64,000 nucleotides of DNA from an uncultured Pseudomonadales bacterium (GTDB taxonomy: Bacteria; Patescibacteriota; Microgenomatia; UBA1400; UBA12108). Below are positions 19,415-27,323 of this stretch, piece after piece. Under the pieces are notes generated by a model that made no database searches, was not told the DNA's origin, and saw nothing but the letters and a program-made list of their open reading frames with translations. The DNA is taken from contig CAZCUC010000002.1 of assembly GCA_964502225.1 (NCBI GenBank), positions 9,092 through 73,091 of the forward strand, read 5' to 3'. Positions within the stretch are counted from its first letter, which is position 1. Each line of letters begins with the position of its first letter. A program made the position numbers and the translations under genes.

Positions 19415-19657
19415 TTATACCAGGATAAGGGAAGATTTTTGTCTGTGTGTAAGTTTTTTGAGAGTCGCCTCGCGTTTGAGAGCGGAAGACTTATCTACTA
19501 GTTCTTCACGGTATACAACTTTTACTGGCTTGTGGGAACGGGTATAGCTCGCTCCTTTGCCGGCTACGTGCTTGATAAACCGCTTATCAACGTCGTTGGT
19601 GGTACCAATGTAAAAACTAGAATCCTCACAAATTAGCATATAGACAAAGTACGACAT
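19415..19657 (-). CDS. GIY-YIG nuclease-domain protein (UPF0213-like)
   Basis: YFVYMLICEDSSFYIGTTNDVDKRFIKH. Confidence 0.8.
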   Translation of the reverse strand: MSYFVYMLICEDSSFYIGTTNDVDKRFIKHVAGKGASYTRSHKPVKVVYREELVDKSSALKREATLKKLTHRQKSSLILV

Positions 19658-19675
19658 ACCCTCTATTATGTCCTA

Positions 19676-20221
19676 ATGGAAGAGAAATGTCCCAAATGTG
19701 GTAAAGATCTCAGCCCAGTCGCAGAAACCAAAACTGGTCGCCAACTACAGCGTTGTAGTGGTGGGAGCTGGAACCCCGATACCCGTAAAAACGAAGGGTG
19801 TGATTACGTCAAATGGCTCGAAGTCCAACCCAAAGAACTCGACGAGAAATGTCCCAAATGTGGCAAGCCACTGGTACTCAATGTCACCCGCTTTGGCAAG
19901 AAAATGAAGAAGTGTTCGACCAACGTCTGGAATGCTGAACTCAAGAAAGCCGAGGGCTGTGACTATATCGAGTGGATCAATGGCACAACCGAAAAACTAG
20001 ATGAGGACTGCCCCGACTGTGGCAAAAAGCTCGTACTCTATACAACAGCCGCCGGGAAGAAAATGAAGAAATGCTCTACTTCTGGATGGGACCGCGACAA
20101 AAAAGAAGCCACTGGATGTCCCTACGTAGAATGGCTCAAGCCTGAACAATACGCTCCAATGACTGATCAGGGTGATGAGTTCCTCCCACCTGAACCCATG
20201 CCGAGCGATCTAGCAAATTAA
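19676..20221 (+). CDS. Standalone protein of three tandem topoisomerase-type C4 zinc-ribbon repeats
   Basis: Three repeats of about 54 aa: (E/D)KCP(K/D)CGK..L......G(K/R)..(K/Q)(K/R)CS...W.....(E/T)GC(D/P)Y(I/V)(E/K)W(I/L), like zf-C4_Topoisom. Repeats 1 and 2 share an identical 20-nt DNA stretch. Confidence 0.6.
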   Translation: MEEKCPKCGKDLSPVAETKTGRQLQRCSGGSWNPDTRKNEGCDYVKWLEVQPKELDEKCPKCGKPLVLNVTRFGKKMKKCSTNVWNAELKKAEGCDYIEWINGTTEKLDEDCPDCGKKLVLYTTAAGKKMKKCSTSGWDRDKKEATGCPYVEWLKPEQYAPMTDQGDEFLPPEPMPSDLAN

Positions 20222-20234
20222 ATTTTCTGTGAAT

Positions 20235-20477
20235 TTATAGCTTCAAGAGCTTGAGAGCTTCGTACACGAGGAATCCTGGCCATGCGAGTGATTTGAAAAT
20301 AGCGAGGAGAAATTGTTCCCCGCCGACAGCTTGGGGGAAGAAATAAAAGGCGGCGCCAAATATACCTAGTCCATAGACTGCTCCACCACTGCTATTACCG
20401 GTATTGTGGACATGCACTGGTTTGCAGTGTTCATGATCACATACACATTTTTCTTCAACTACTTTTTTGCTGGCCAT
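20235..20477 (-). CDS. Small protein with Cys/His-rich N-terminus and two-TM C-terminus
   Basis: EEKCVCDHEHCKPVHVH followed by GGAVYGLGIFGAAFYFF hydrophobic segments. Confidence 0.3.
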   Translation of the reverse strand: MASKKVVEEKCVCDHEHCKPVHVHNTGNSSGGAVYGLGIFGAAFYFFPQAVGGEQFLLAIFKSLAWPGFLVYEALKLLKL

Positions 20478-20506
20478 ATTACCCTCCTAAATATAGTATA
20501 GATATA

Positions 20507-20851
20507 TTATAGTTCTTGGACGCGATATTTGACAATTTTGGTAAAGAGATCAAAGGGGAAAGGTTTGTCGTGGGGGAACTGGATGGATCCTTTGGCGGTT
20601 TTGTACTCTAGGAGCTCGGAGGCAAAGGCGTCTACACCGGAGGGGGTGGGATAAACACCCAGATGATTTTTGAAGGAGGCAAAATAAATGAGTGGCTTGC
20701 CGTTTAGTTTGTATCCTGGCATGCCATAACCTAGGTATTCCTGTGCGGTCGGCGCCCACTCAAACACTATTTCGCGGAGTTTAGAGAGTTTGACCTGGAT
20801 ATCAGATGGAAAACTGGCAATGTATTCTTCGACGGTCGAGTATTTTTTCAT
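20507..20851 (-). CDS. DUF1801/YdhG-like protein
   Basis: EYIASFP...KLREIV...GYGMPGYKLNGKPLIYFASFKNHLGVYP pattern. Confidence 0.6.
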   Translation of the reverse strand: MKKYSTVEEYIASFPSDIQVKLSKLREIVFEWAPTAQEYLGYGMPGYKLNGKPLIYFASFKNHLGVYPTPSGVDAFASELLEYKTAKGSIQFPHDKPFPFDLFTKIVKYRVQEL

Positions 20852-20963
20852 TTGATAATCCTGACAAATTCACATTCACTGACTACTTGTTGTGTTTGCA
20901 AAACTATTTTATCAGGCTCGATGAGATATGGCACTACAGCATGAATGTGGGATAATATATCCT

Positions 20964-22022
20964 ATGAAAACTAAATCTTTTGCTGCACCAGCGTCTGATA
21001 AACCCCTTGAGTACTACGAGTTTGAACGGAGAGAACCAACTGCTACAGATGTGGTGATTGATGTTCACTACTGTGGAATTTGTCATAGCGATATCCATAC
21101 CGCCCATGGTGACTGGGGTGAAGTCGAGTATCCCTGTGTACCAGGCCATGAAATTGTTGGGGTGGTTACTCGCGTTGGCTCGGCAGTTACCCAATTTAAA
21201 CCCGGCGAGCGAGTTGGAGTGGGATGTATGGTTAATAGCTGTGGGGAGTGCGAAGCCTGCAAAGGCGGATTTGAAAATAGTTGTTTTAAGGATCCTACTT
21301 GGACGTATAGCTCCACTGACCCAGTGGATGGGACCGATACCAAAGGCGGTTACTCAACTGTGATGGTCGCACCTGAACATTTTGTACTCCACATCCCCGA
21401 ATCACTAGACATGGCACAGGCCGCTCCCCTACTCTGTGCCGGTATCACCACCTATTCACCACTAAGACACTGGAAAGTAGGCCCTGGGATGAAAGTGGGG
21501 ATTATTGGACTGGGTGGCCTCGGTCATATGGGTGTGAAATATGCTGTAGCGATGGGGGCAGAAGTGTGGGTGATAACCACCTCCGCCAACAAAGCTGAAG
21601 TCGCCAAATCATACGGCGCCCAGGGAACCATCGTTTCGACTTCACCACAAGAAATGGAAAATGCGGCACACCGATTCGATTTCCTCCTCGACACCATCCC
21701 CAAAGCACACGAGTTGTCACCTTACTTAAATTTACTAAACCTCCACGGCACGATTTGTCTCGTGGGCCCGATAGAGCAGATGCCTGGCTTCCATTCGATT
21801 GGTGTGATCAATGGTCAGAAATCAATTGCAGGATCTGGAATTGGTGGAATTCGCGAAACCAAGGAAATGTTAGAGTACAGTGCGAAACATAATATACTCC
21901 CCGAAATAGAAATTATTGATATTAAAGATGTAAATAAAGCATGGAAATCAATGTTGAACAAACAGGTGGCGAAAAGATATGTGATTGATATGCGAAAATC
22001 TTTTTCGAGTATAGATAAATAG
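20964..22022 (+). CDS. Zn-dependent NADP alcohol dehydrogenase (CAD/YahK-like)
   Basis: GICHSDIH, GHEIVG, Cys-rich structural-Zn loop CGECEACKGG, GLGGLGHMG Rossmann motif. Confidence 0.85.
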   Translation: MKTKSFAAPASDKPLEYYEFERREPTATDVVIDVHYCGICHSDIHTAHGDWGEVEYPCVPGHEIVGVVTRVGSAVTQFKPGERVGVGCMVNSCGECEACKGGFENSCFKDPTWTYSSTDPVDGTDTKGGYSTVMVAPEHFVLHIPESLDMAQAAPLLCAGITTYSPLRHWKVGPGMKVGIIGLGGLGHMGVKYAVAMGAEVWVITTSANKAEVAKSYGAQGTIVSTSPQEMENAAHRFDFLLDTIPKAHELSPYLNLLNLHGTICLVGPIEQMPGFHSIGVINGQKSIAGSGIGGIRETKEMLEYSAKHNILPEIEIIDIKDVNKAWKSMLNKQVAKRYVIDMRKSFSSIDK

Positions 22023-22058
22023 ATTAGTGTTGGCGGTTAAGGATTATGTTAGAACCTA

Positions 22059-22649
22059 TTATCTAGAAATGCGTTGTGAGTTGAGAAAATATTCCTGTAT
22101 TTCCTTATAGCTATTTTCTATTAGTATTCGACTTGAAATAGCAAAGATTTCGATAAGTGTGCCACTTTTCTCACCAATACGCCTTTTGACATCCAAAGGT
22201 CTGCTATTTTTATCTTGTACTAAGACGATGTCAACGTCATAGTAAAATTCATTTGCAGATGGTGGACTCATGTCTACATATTGCTCAAATTCTGGAATTG
22301 GCAGAACGTCTCTACCGTCGATATTGGCACCTAAAATAGGGAGATTGCTAGCGAGATAAGCTATAGATTTTTCACTGAGTTCATGACCCCAGTACCGCTT
22401 TAATTTAGAGTGGTTCCAGTAAATTTTACCTACTTGTCTACTTCCTACTAATCCTACATATTCTGGTTCAGAATTATTTCTTGAGTAATGGTCAATAAAT
22501 CCCCATATATCAATTATTTCGCTGACGTTGCGAACATGCGAGCCTACCTTTAAAGGTCCTAGGAAAGGTCTTTCGTTTAACTGATTTTTCCATTTCTCGT
22601 GATTAAGTTGTGGTGATAAATGATCTGGAGTCATGTTAACATTATACAC
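22059..22649 (-). CDS. Hypothetical protein just downstream of the tRNA-Gln 3' end
   Basis: ORF only, no motif recognised. Confidence 0.3.
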   Translation of the reverse strand: MYNVNMTPDHLSPQLNHEKWKNQLNERPFLGPLKVGSHVRNVSEIIDIWGFIDHYSRNNSEPEYVGLVGSRQVGKIYWNHSKLKRYWGHELSEKSIAYLASNLPILGANIDGRDVLPIPEFEQYVDMSPPSANEFYYDVDIVLVQDKNSRPLDVKRRIGEKSGTLIEIFAISSRILIENSYKEIQEYFLNSQRISR

Positions 22650-22661
22650 TATAGGTCAATG

Positions 22662-22732
22662 TTGCGGGACTAGGACTCGAACCTAGGAGACGACATTCAG
22701 AGTGTCGCATGATACCACTTCATCATCCCGCA
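22662..22732 (-). tRNA. tRNA-Gln (anticodon CUG)
   Basis: Manual fold of the minus-strand sequence: 7-bp acceptor TGCGGGA/TCCCGCA, D-arm ATGA-AGTGGTA-TCAT, anticodon stem CGACA/TGTCG with loop CTCTGAA (CTG at 34-36), T-arm CTAGG-TTCGAGT-CCTAG. CCA not encoded. Confidence 0.8.
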
Positions 22733-22747
22733 TCTGCATGGAGTATT

Positions 22748-23104
22748 TTACCTCAAAAGTGGCCTATACACACTGGTGGATTGATTTTGTTCATCATTAC
22801 CAAGCAGTATCCAAAGAACTCCGTCAAAGATTAACTTTAAAATAGGTGTTCTTTCGATATACTCTGTCGTTTGTTCCTCAACCAAATATTGAACATGGTC
22901 ATTTAGCAGAATGGCGCCACATAATACGCTTGGGAGTATAGCGACTTTGGCTTTCCAAACCTTCAGTTTTATCTTGTCAGTAACAAATTTAAGACCAGAA
23001 TTAGTTAGCTCCCCCATACCTGAGAGAAGACTCTCATATTCGATTAAACTTAGTGGTGTGAATGAATCAATCATATTTACCCCACGTAGACTAAGATGGC
23101 ACAT
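22748..23104 (-). CDS. Hypothetical protein
   Basis: ORF only. Confidence 0.3.
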   Translation of the reverse strand: MCHLSLRGVNMIDSFTPLSLIEYESLLSGMGELTNSGLKFVTDKIKLKVWKAKVAILPSVLCGAILLNDHVQYLVEEQTTEYIERTPILKLIFDGVLWILLGNDEQNQSTSVYRPLLR

Positions 23105-23113
23105 CGCAAGCCT

Positions 23114-24232
23114 TTAGAGTGATTTGAGGTGGGAGTGGGTGTATCCCCAGATCGCACCGAGGCCGACCCAGGTAAATAACATAGTAGTAACCCAGCCGAT
23201 CCCGGGGAGCGCACGCAGGAGATAAAAGATGGCTAGACCAACAAAATAGGTGGCGTAGATACCCATCTTGTTCCAGCTGAACTGGCGGGCGACAAAGCGA
23301 CCGAGGGCGTAGCTACTAGCTAGCTTGGCTAAGACGAGGCACAGCGCAAATACAGGAATCATAAACCCAACAATCGGGAGACCGATTACGCTGATTGCGA
23401 GAACCAACATCAGGGGGAGCGCAAAAATAACTATCAAAAACCCAATACCTAGACTGCGCAGGAGAGAGTTCTCGACAGTTTGCGCCAGCCCCATGCCAGA
23501 CTTGGGGAAGAGACGGAGGAGCAATGATCCGAGCAGGAGATAACCAAGGAATGAGATAGCTAGCCAGCCACGATGGGCGACCAGACCGAATTTACCAAAA
23601 TCTTCTTTGGCTTTATCCATGTCACGGCGAGCATCTGATGGAGGGGTGAAACGAGAGATAGTCCCTGCGACAGTAGAGGTGGGACTCTGGGTGAGCGTAG
23701 AGCTATCTTCCCCTAGCGCATAGGTGAGGTTGCCACCGATACGAGAGTTTGGGCCTAGATCGATCACTCCTCCCCCGAGGCGAGCTTCTTTACCGACTTT
23801 GCTGTCTAGATAAATGGTCCCGGCGCCTACCATGAGATTGCGACCAATGGGAGCGTAGTTTTTGAGGTTACCAGTGCCTGTGACAAGAGAGCCGCCGATT
23901 TGACTGGTTGAGTCAATTGTGACATTCCCAGCCCCTGCGACGACTGAGTTGCGGACTGTGGCGCCCGTCAAGATGAGATCTCCGGTACCTACAAAGAGTC
24001 CTCCTTTGATATCTCCACTGATGCGGACAGTACCTGCACCTACAAACACATCGCCAGTGATAGTACCGTCGATACTAAGCGATTCTGCGGCGACAAAAAG
24101 ATCATCATCGATTGTTTCGGTAGCAGGAATGACCACACTACCCTGCTCTTGGATAATGACTTTGGCTAGTGCCTGAGATGGGAAAGCAAAAACTGAGAAG
24201 ACGGTAATGAGGACAAGCAGTTTTTTGAACAT
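23114..24232 (-). CDS. Secreted/membrane-anchored beta-helix (bactofilin/DUF583-like repeat) protein with C-terminal polytopic membrane domain
   Basis: Signal peptide, then about 150 aa of G-x-(V/I)-x repeats (GDVFVGAGTVRISGDIKGGLFVGTGDLILTGATV...), then about 6 TM helices. Confidence 0.45.
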   Translation of the reverse strand: MFKKLLVLITVFSVFAFPSQALAKVIIQEQGSVVIPATETIDDDLFVAAESLSIDGTITGDVFVGAGTVRISGDIKGGLFVGTGDLILTGATVRNSVVAGAGNVTIDSTSQIGGSLVTGTGNLKNYAPIGRNLMVGAGTIYLDSKVGKEARLGGGVIDLGPNSRIGGNLTYALGEDSSTLTQSPTSTVAGTISRFTPPSDARRDMDKAKEDFGKFGLVAHRGWLAISFLGYLLLGSLLLRLFPKSGMGLAQTVENSLLRSLGIGFLIVIFALPLMLVLAISVIGLPIVGFMIPVFALCLVLAKLASSYALGRFVARQFSWNKMGIYATYFVGLAIFYLLRALPGIGWVTTMLFTWVGLGAIWGYTHSHLKSL

Positions 24233-24242
24233 AGGACTCCTT

Positions 24243-24599
24243 TTAAGCTAATTCTTTGTATTGTTTTGGTTTAGATTTGCGGGCTTCGATTTTTTTGAGA
24301 GTTTGAAGAATTCTTTCATGAAGATTGATGTCTTTGATACGGGCAATCCGGAGGATGGTCACAACCAAGTCACCTAGCTCTTGCTCATAGGACTCGTCCT
24401 GCTGGGCGGCCAAGTTGAGGGGTTTGCGTCCGTGCTCGGCCAGGTAGGCACGAGCGATCTCCCCGACTTCTTCGGTGAGTGAGAGTAGGAGAATGGAACC
24501 GTACTCTTTGGAATATCTTTTACCTCGATCGATGCGAGATAGGTAGTTAAAATACTCAGCAAATGGAGACTTGTAGTGCGGTCGTTTTACTGTGGTCAT
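24243..24599 (-). CDS. MazG-like nucleotide pyrophosphohydrolase
   Basis: LSLTEEVGEIARAY and ELGDLVVTILRIARIKDINL EExxE/D-type motifs. Confidence 0.65.
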   Translation of the reverse strand: MTTVKRPHYKSPFAEYFNYLSRIDRGKRYSKEYGSILLLSLTEEVGEIARAYLAEHGRKPLNLAAQQDESYEQELGDLVVTILRIARIKDINLHERILQTLKKIEARKSKPKQYKELA

Positions 24600-24620
24600 A
24601 CCATTATTTTACACTATAAA

Positions 24621-25286
24621 TTAGTATTTAATGGTGGCTGGGACAGTACCAAGTAAATGAAAAGAGCCGGATTTGAAATTGGCTGACTGGATGTCGGCCC
24701 CGCCTATCTGTTTGATCCGCCTTTGGATCATATCCCCAACAGCTTTTGCGGCTGGGCTAGTAATGGAGTCCGGGACTGTGACACGGCCGATCTGAAAAGT
24801 ACTAGGGCTGATACTGAGCTGGTTACTAGTCATCCCGCCCGTACCTTTGACATAAAAAGGCAGATCTCCGGAGACGTACTTGATATACTCTTTACCTTTT
24901 TCGATGTCTTGATCTGAATAGCCGAGGTTCTTGGCTAGGGAGATGGCAGTCCCAATTTTGAGATAACCTGAGGCTTCGCCAGTGCCATCTGCGTTAAATC
25001 TGACCTGCACATTTTTAAGCGGGAAGTAAACATCACGATCTTCCCAAACTGCGAATATTGAGGTGATCTCCTCGCTCGTGAGATTGACGTCTAGTTTGAC
25101 TTTACCGGTAGGGTTTTGCTCCCCATATTTGGACTCAAATGCAGAGACGAGAGACTTGTCAGTTTTGATTCCGAGATCAATGGGTTTGGTCACATATGGT
25201 GAGAGACTGGGAACGAGCCCGAGATAGGTCAGGACACCGACGGGAATGAGAATAAGGATCAGCAAAAATAATAGTAATTTTTTCAT
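24621..25286 (-). CDS. Hypothetical membrane-anchored exported protein
   Basis: N-terminal TM/signal anchor MKKLLLFLLILILIPVGVL. No motif recognised. Confidence 0.35.
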   Translation of the reverse strand: MKKLLLFLLILILIPVGVLTYLGLVPSLSPYVTKPIDLGIKTDKSLVSAFESKYGEQNPTGKVKLDVNLTSEEITSIFAVWEDRDVYFPLKNVQVRFNADGTGEASGYLKIGTAISLAKNLGYSDQDIEKGKEYIKYVSGDLPFYVKGTGGMTSNQLSISPSTFQIGRVTVPDSITSPAAKAVGDMIQRRIKQIGGADIQSANFKSGSFHLLGTVPATIKY

Positions 25287-25316
25287 AGTACCTCCAGTTG
25301 ATTGACTATGAATATA

Positions 25317-26084
25317 TTAAACTACTTTGATTTTGGGAAAGAAAGCCGGGGTACGCTTTGCATATGCTCGCCAGTCTGCGCGCCCTTTATATTTGGCTTC
25401 GAGAAGTGGGATACCAGAAACAAATAGGAGGAGAAAATCGATGACTAGTGGTCCGACAAAAACGAAGTAGTTGCGAGAGACACCATAGGCGAGCAGAGCA
25501 ACGCCCCACCACAAAGTAGCTTCCCCAAAGTAATTGGGGTGGCGGGTTAGACTCCACAAACCCGTGGTCATGAGCTGGCCTTTGCTAGATTTTTTCTTTT
25601 TGAACTGAGAGAGTTGATAGTCCCCCACCGCCTCAAAGAAAAATCCAGTGAGCCATATGAACATACCCAAATACATCATCCAAGGACTGATCGTCGCCAC
25701 CCCGATAATCCCTAGTACCACAGGGATAGAGACCAGTTGCATGAGGATCCATTGTAGTAGGAATATTTGTACAAGAGAGCGGATCACCCAAGTTTTGCCC
25801 CAATCTCTACGCCACTGAGCGTAGCGAAAATCTTCTCCCCTACCCCAGTTACGGGCGAGGATATGGAGAGCCAGACGCACACCCCAAACGACGACATAGG
25901 CTAACACTAGCTGAGAGATAAAGTTGCCACTGCTAAATATGTAAGCTACCCCAGCGATTACGACAAATCCGATGCCCCAGACGACATCGACAATGCTGTT
26001 GTTGCGGAGCATGACGGCCAAGAGAAAAGTCATGACAAAGAGAAGGAGTGAAATGCAGGCGGTATAGAAGAAGATGTTGAGCAT
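25317..26084 (-). CDS. DUF1295 / steroid 5-alpha-reductase-ICMT-like membrane methyltransferase-fold protein
   Basis: RHPNYFGEATLWWG motif with multiple TM helices. Confidence 0.6.
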   Translation of the reverse strand: MLNIFFYTACISLLLFVMTFLLAVMLRNNSIVDVVWGIGFVVIAGVAYIFSSGNFISQLVLAYVVVWGVRLALHILARNWGRGEDFRYAQWRRDWGKTWVIRSLVQIFLLQWILMQLVSIPVVLGIIGVATISPWMMYLGMFIWLTGFFFEAVGDYQLSQFKKKKSSKGQLMTTGLWSLTRHPNYFGEATLWWGVALLAYGVSRNYFVFVGPLVIDFLLLFVSGIPLLEAKYKGRADWRAYAKRTPAFFPKIKVV

Positions 26085-26121
26085 AGTTTGATAGTAGCAT
26101 ACTCTGCGCTATACTGCCTTT

Positions 26122-26757
26122 ATGACGATCAAACAACTTTATGCAAAGTATCAAATTATGCCACAACTTGAAACTCACATGTTGAGAGTCGCTGGAGTGG
26201 GTAAAATAATTGCGGAAAACTGGCAGGGTGAGTGTGACACAAAACTTACAACCGATCTCTGTTCGATCCACGATATGGGGAATATTGTAAAGTTTGATTT
26301 GCGTGATGGGATTGATATGTCAAAGTTTGGCAGAATCGAAAATTTGAAACATTGGCAAGAAGTTCAGCGAAGATACTGGGATAAATATGGCAAGGATGCT
26401 CACGATGCGACTATCGGGATTTTGCGCGAGGCCGGACTGCCTCATTTTGAGTCTTATATCGACGAAGAGGAAAGACTCTATTTTGCGGAGGCTCGGGAGG
26501 AACAATTGGCGAAGGCGCGAGTAGAATCGATTATTCTCATGTACGCAGATTGCAGAGTTATACCGAGTGGGGTAGTGAGTTACCGCGAGCGGGTCAATGA
26601 TTTAAAAGACCGGTATGGGACAAGAAGCGATACCTGGTACGATTGGACGTTTTGGTTTGAAAATTGGTTACATACCAAGGTCGGAGTTGATTTGCAAAGT
26701 ATTACGGAAGATAGTGTTACCCCCCTCTTTGACGAGCTGCTATCACGTACTATATAA
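26122..26757 (+). CDS. HD-domain phosphohydrolase-like protein
   Basis: H..R.....(x)nLCSIHDMG consistent with an H...HD metal site. Confidence 0.45.
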   Translation: MTIKQLYAKYQIMPQLETHMLRVAGVGKIIAENWQGECDTKLTTDLCSIHDMGNIVKFDLRDGIDMSKFGRIENLKHWQEVQRRYWDKYGKDAHDATIGILREAGLPHFESYIDEEERLYFAEAREEQLAKARVESIILMYADCRVIPSGVVSYRERVNDLKDRYGTRSDTWYDWTFWFENWLHTKVGVDLQSITEDSVTPLFDELLSRTI

Positions 26758-26779
26758 TGGTCTTAATTGATAAAGCGAT

Positions 26780-26946
26780 GAAGGGGTTTCCCGCCCTTTC
26801 GACCGCCTCCCTGGCGAGTCAAGCTGAGTACGATGAGTGCTACGTAATCTGCACGAGACGCAGTAAATTGAGTAAAACCGCAAGGTGGTACCGCCCAGAG
26901 AAGGCCCTTGCATGTTCCCATTTTTGGGTGCATGCAAGGGTTTTTT
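26780..26946 (+). ncRNA. T-box riboswitch leader with intrinsic terminator upstream of csaA-proS
   Basis: T-box sequence caaGGTGGTACCGCC at 26881..26896 matches the AGGGUGGNACCGCG consensus. Antiterminator GCAAGG-UGGUACC-GCC-cagagaa-GGC-CCUUGC overlaps the terminator CCCTTGCATG...CATGCAAGGG (26905..26940) plus T6. GCGAUGA K-turn-like element at the 5' end of the putative stem I. Confidence 0.6.
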
Positions 26947-26967
26947 GTATATATAAGGAGTAAACAT

Positions 26968-27303
26968 ATGATCGATTACAACGACTTTGCCAAAGTGGAT
27001 ATCCGCGTGGGGCGCATAGTGGGGGTCGAAGACTTCCCCGAAGCCAAGAAACCCGCCTACAAACTGACCATCGATTTTGGGAGCGAAATAGGACAGAAAC
27101 GATCGAGTGCGCAAGTGAAAAAGTATTACACTAAAGAGACTCTGATGGGCAAAATAGTTTTGGGAGTTGTCAATTTCCCACCCAAACAAATTGGACCGTT
27201 TATGTCGGAGTGTCTCACTCTTGGAGCCCCTGATGAAGACGGACAATGTGTGCTAATCTCACCAAACAATGAGAAGGCAGTCATCGGCGGAAAATTATTT
27301 TAA
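26968..27303 (+). CDS. csaA: tRNA-binding protein (CsaA/Trbp111-type OB-fold)
   Basis: DFAKVDIRVGRIVGVEDFPEAKKPAYKLTIDFG typical of the EMAP/Myf tRNA-binding domain. SD AAGGAG lies 8 nt upstream. Confidence 0.7.
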   Translation: MIDYNDFAKVDIRVGRIVGVEDFPEAKKPAYKLTIDFGSEIGQKRSSAQVKKYYTKETLMGKIVLGVVNFPPKQIGPFMSECLTLGAPDEDGQCVLISPNNEKAVIGGKLF

Positions 27304-27323
27304 CAACTAATCAAAGGAGATTT

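Noticed and set aside
26757-26963. 68-aa plus-strand ORF, and the possibility of tmRNA or SRP RNA in the HD/csaA intergenic region
   Set aside because: The region carries a T-box core sequence and a coupled antiterminator/terminator. tmRNA would need a tRNA-like end and about 350 nt. The ORF has no SD and overlaps the terminator stem.
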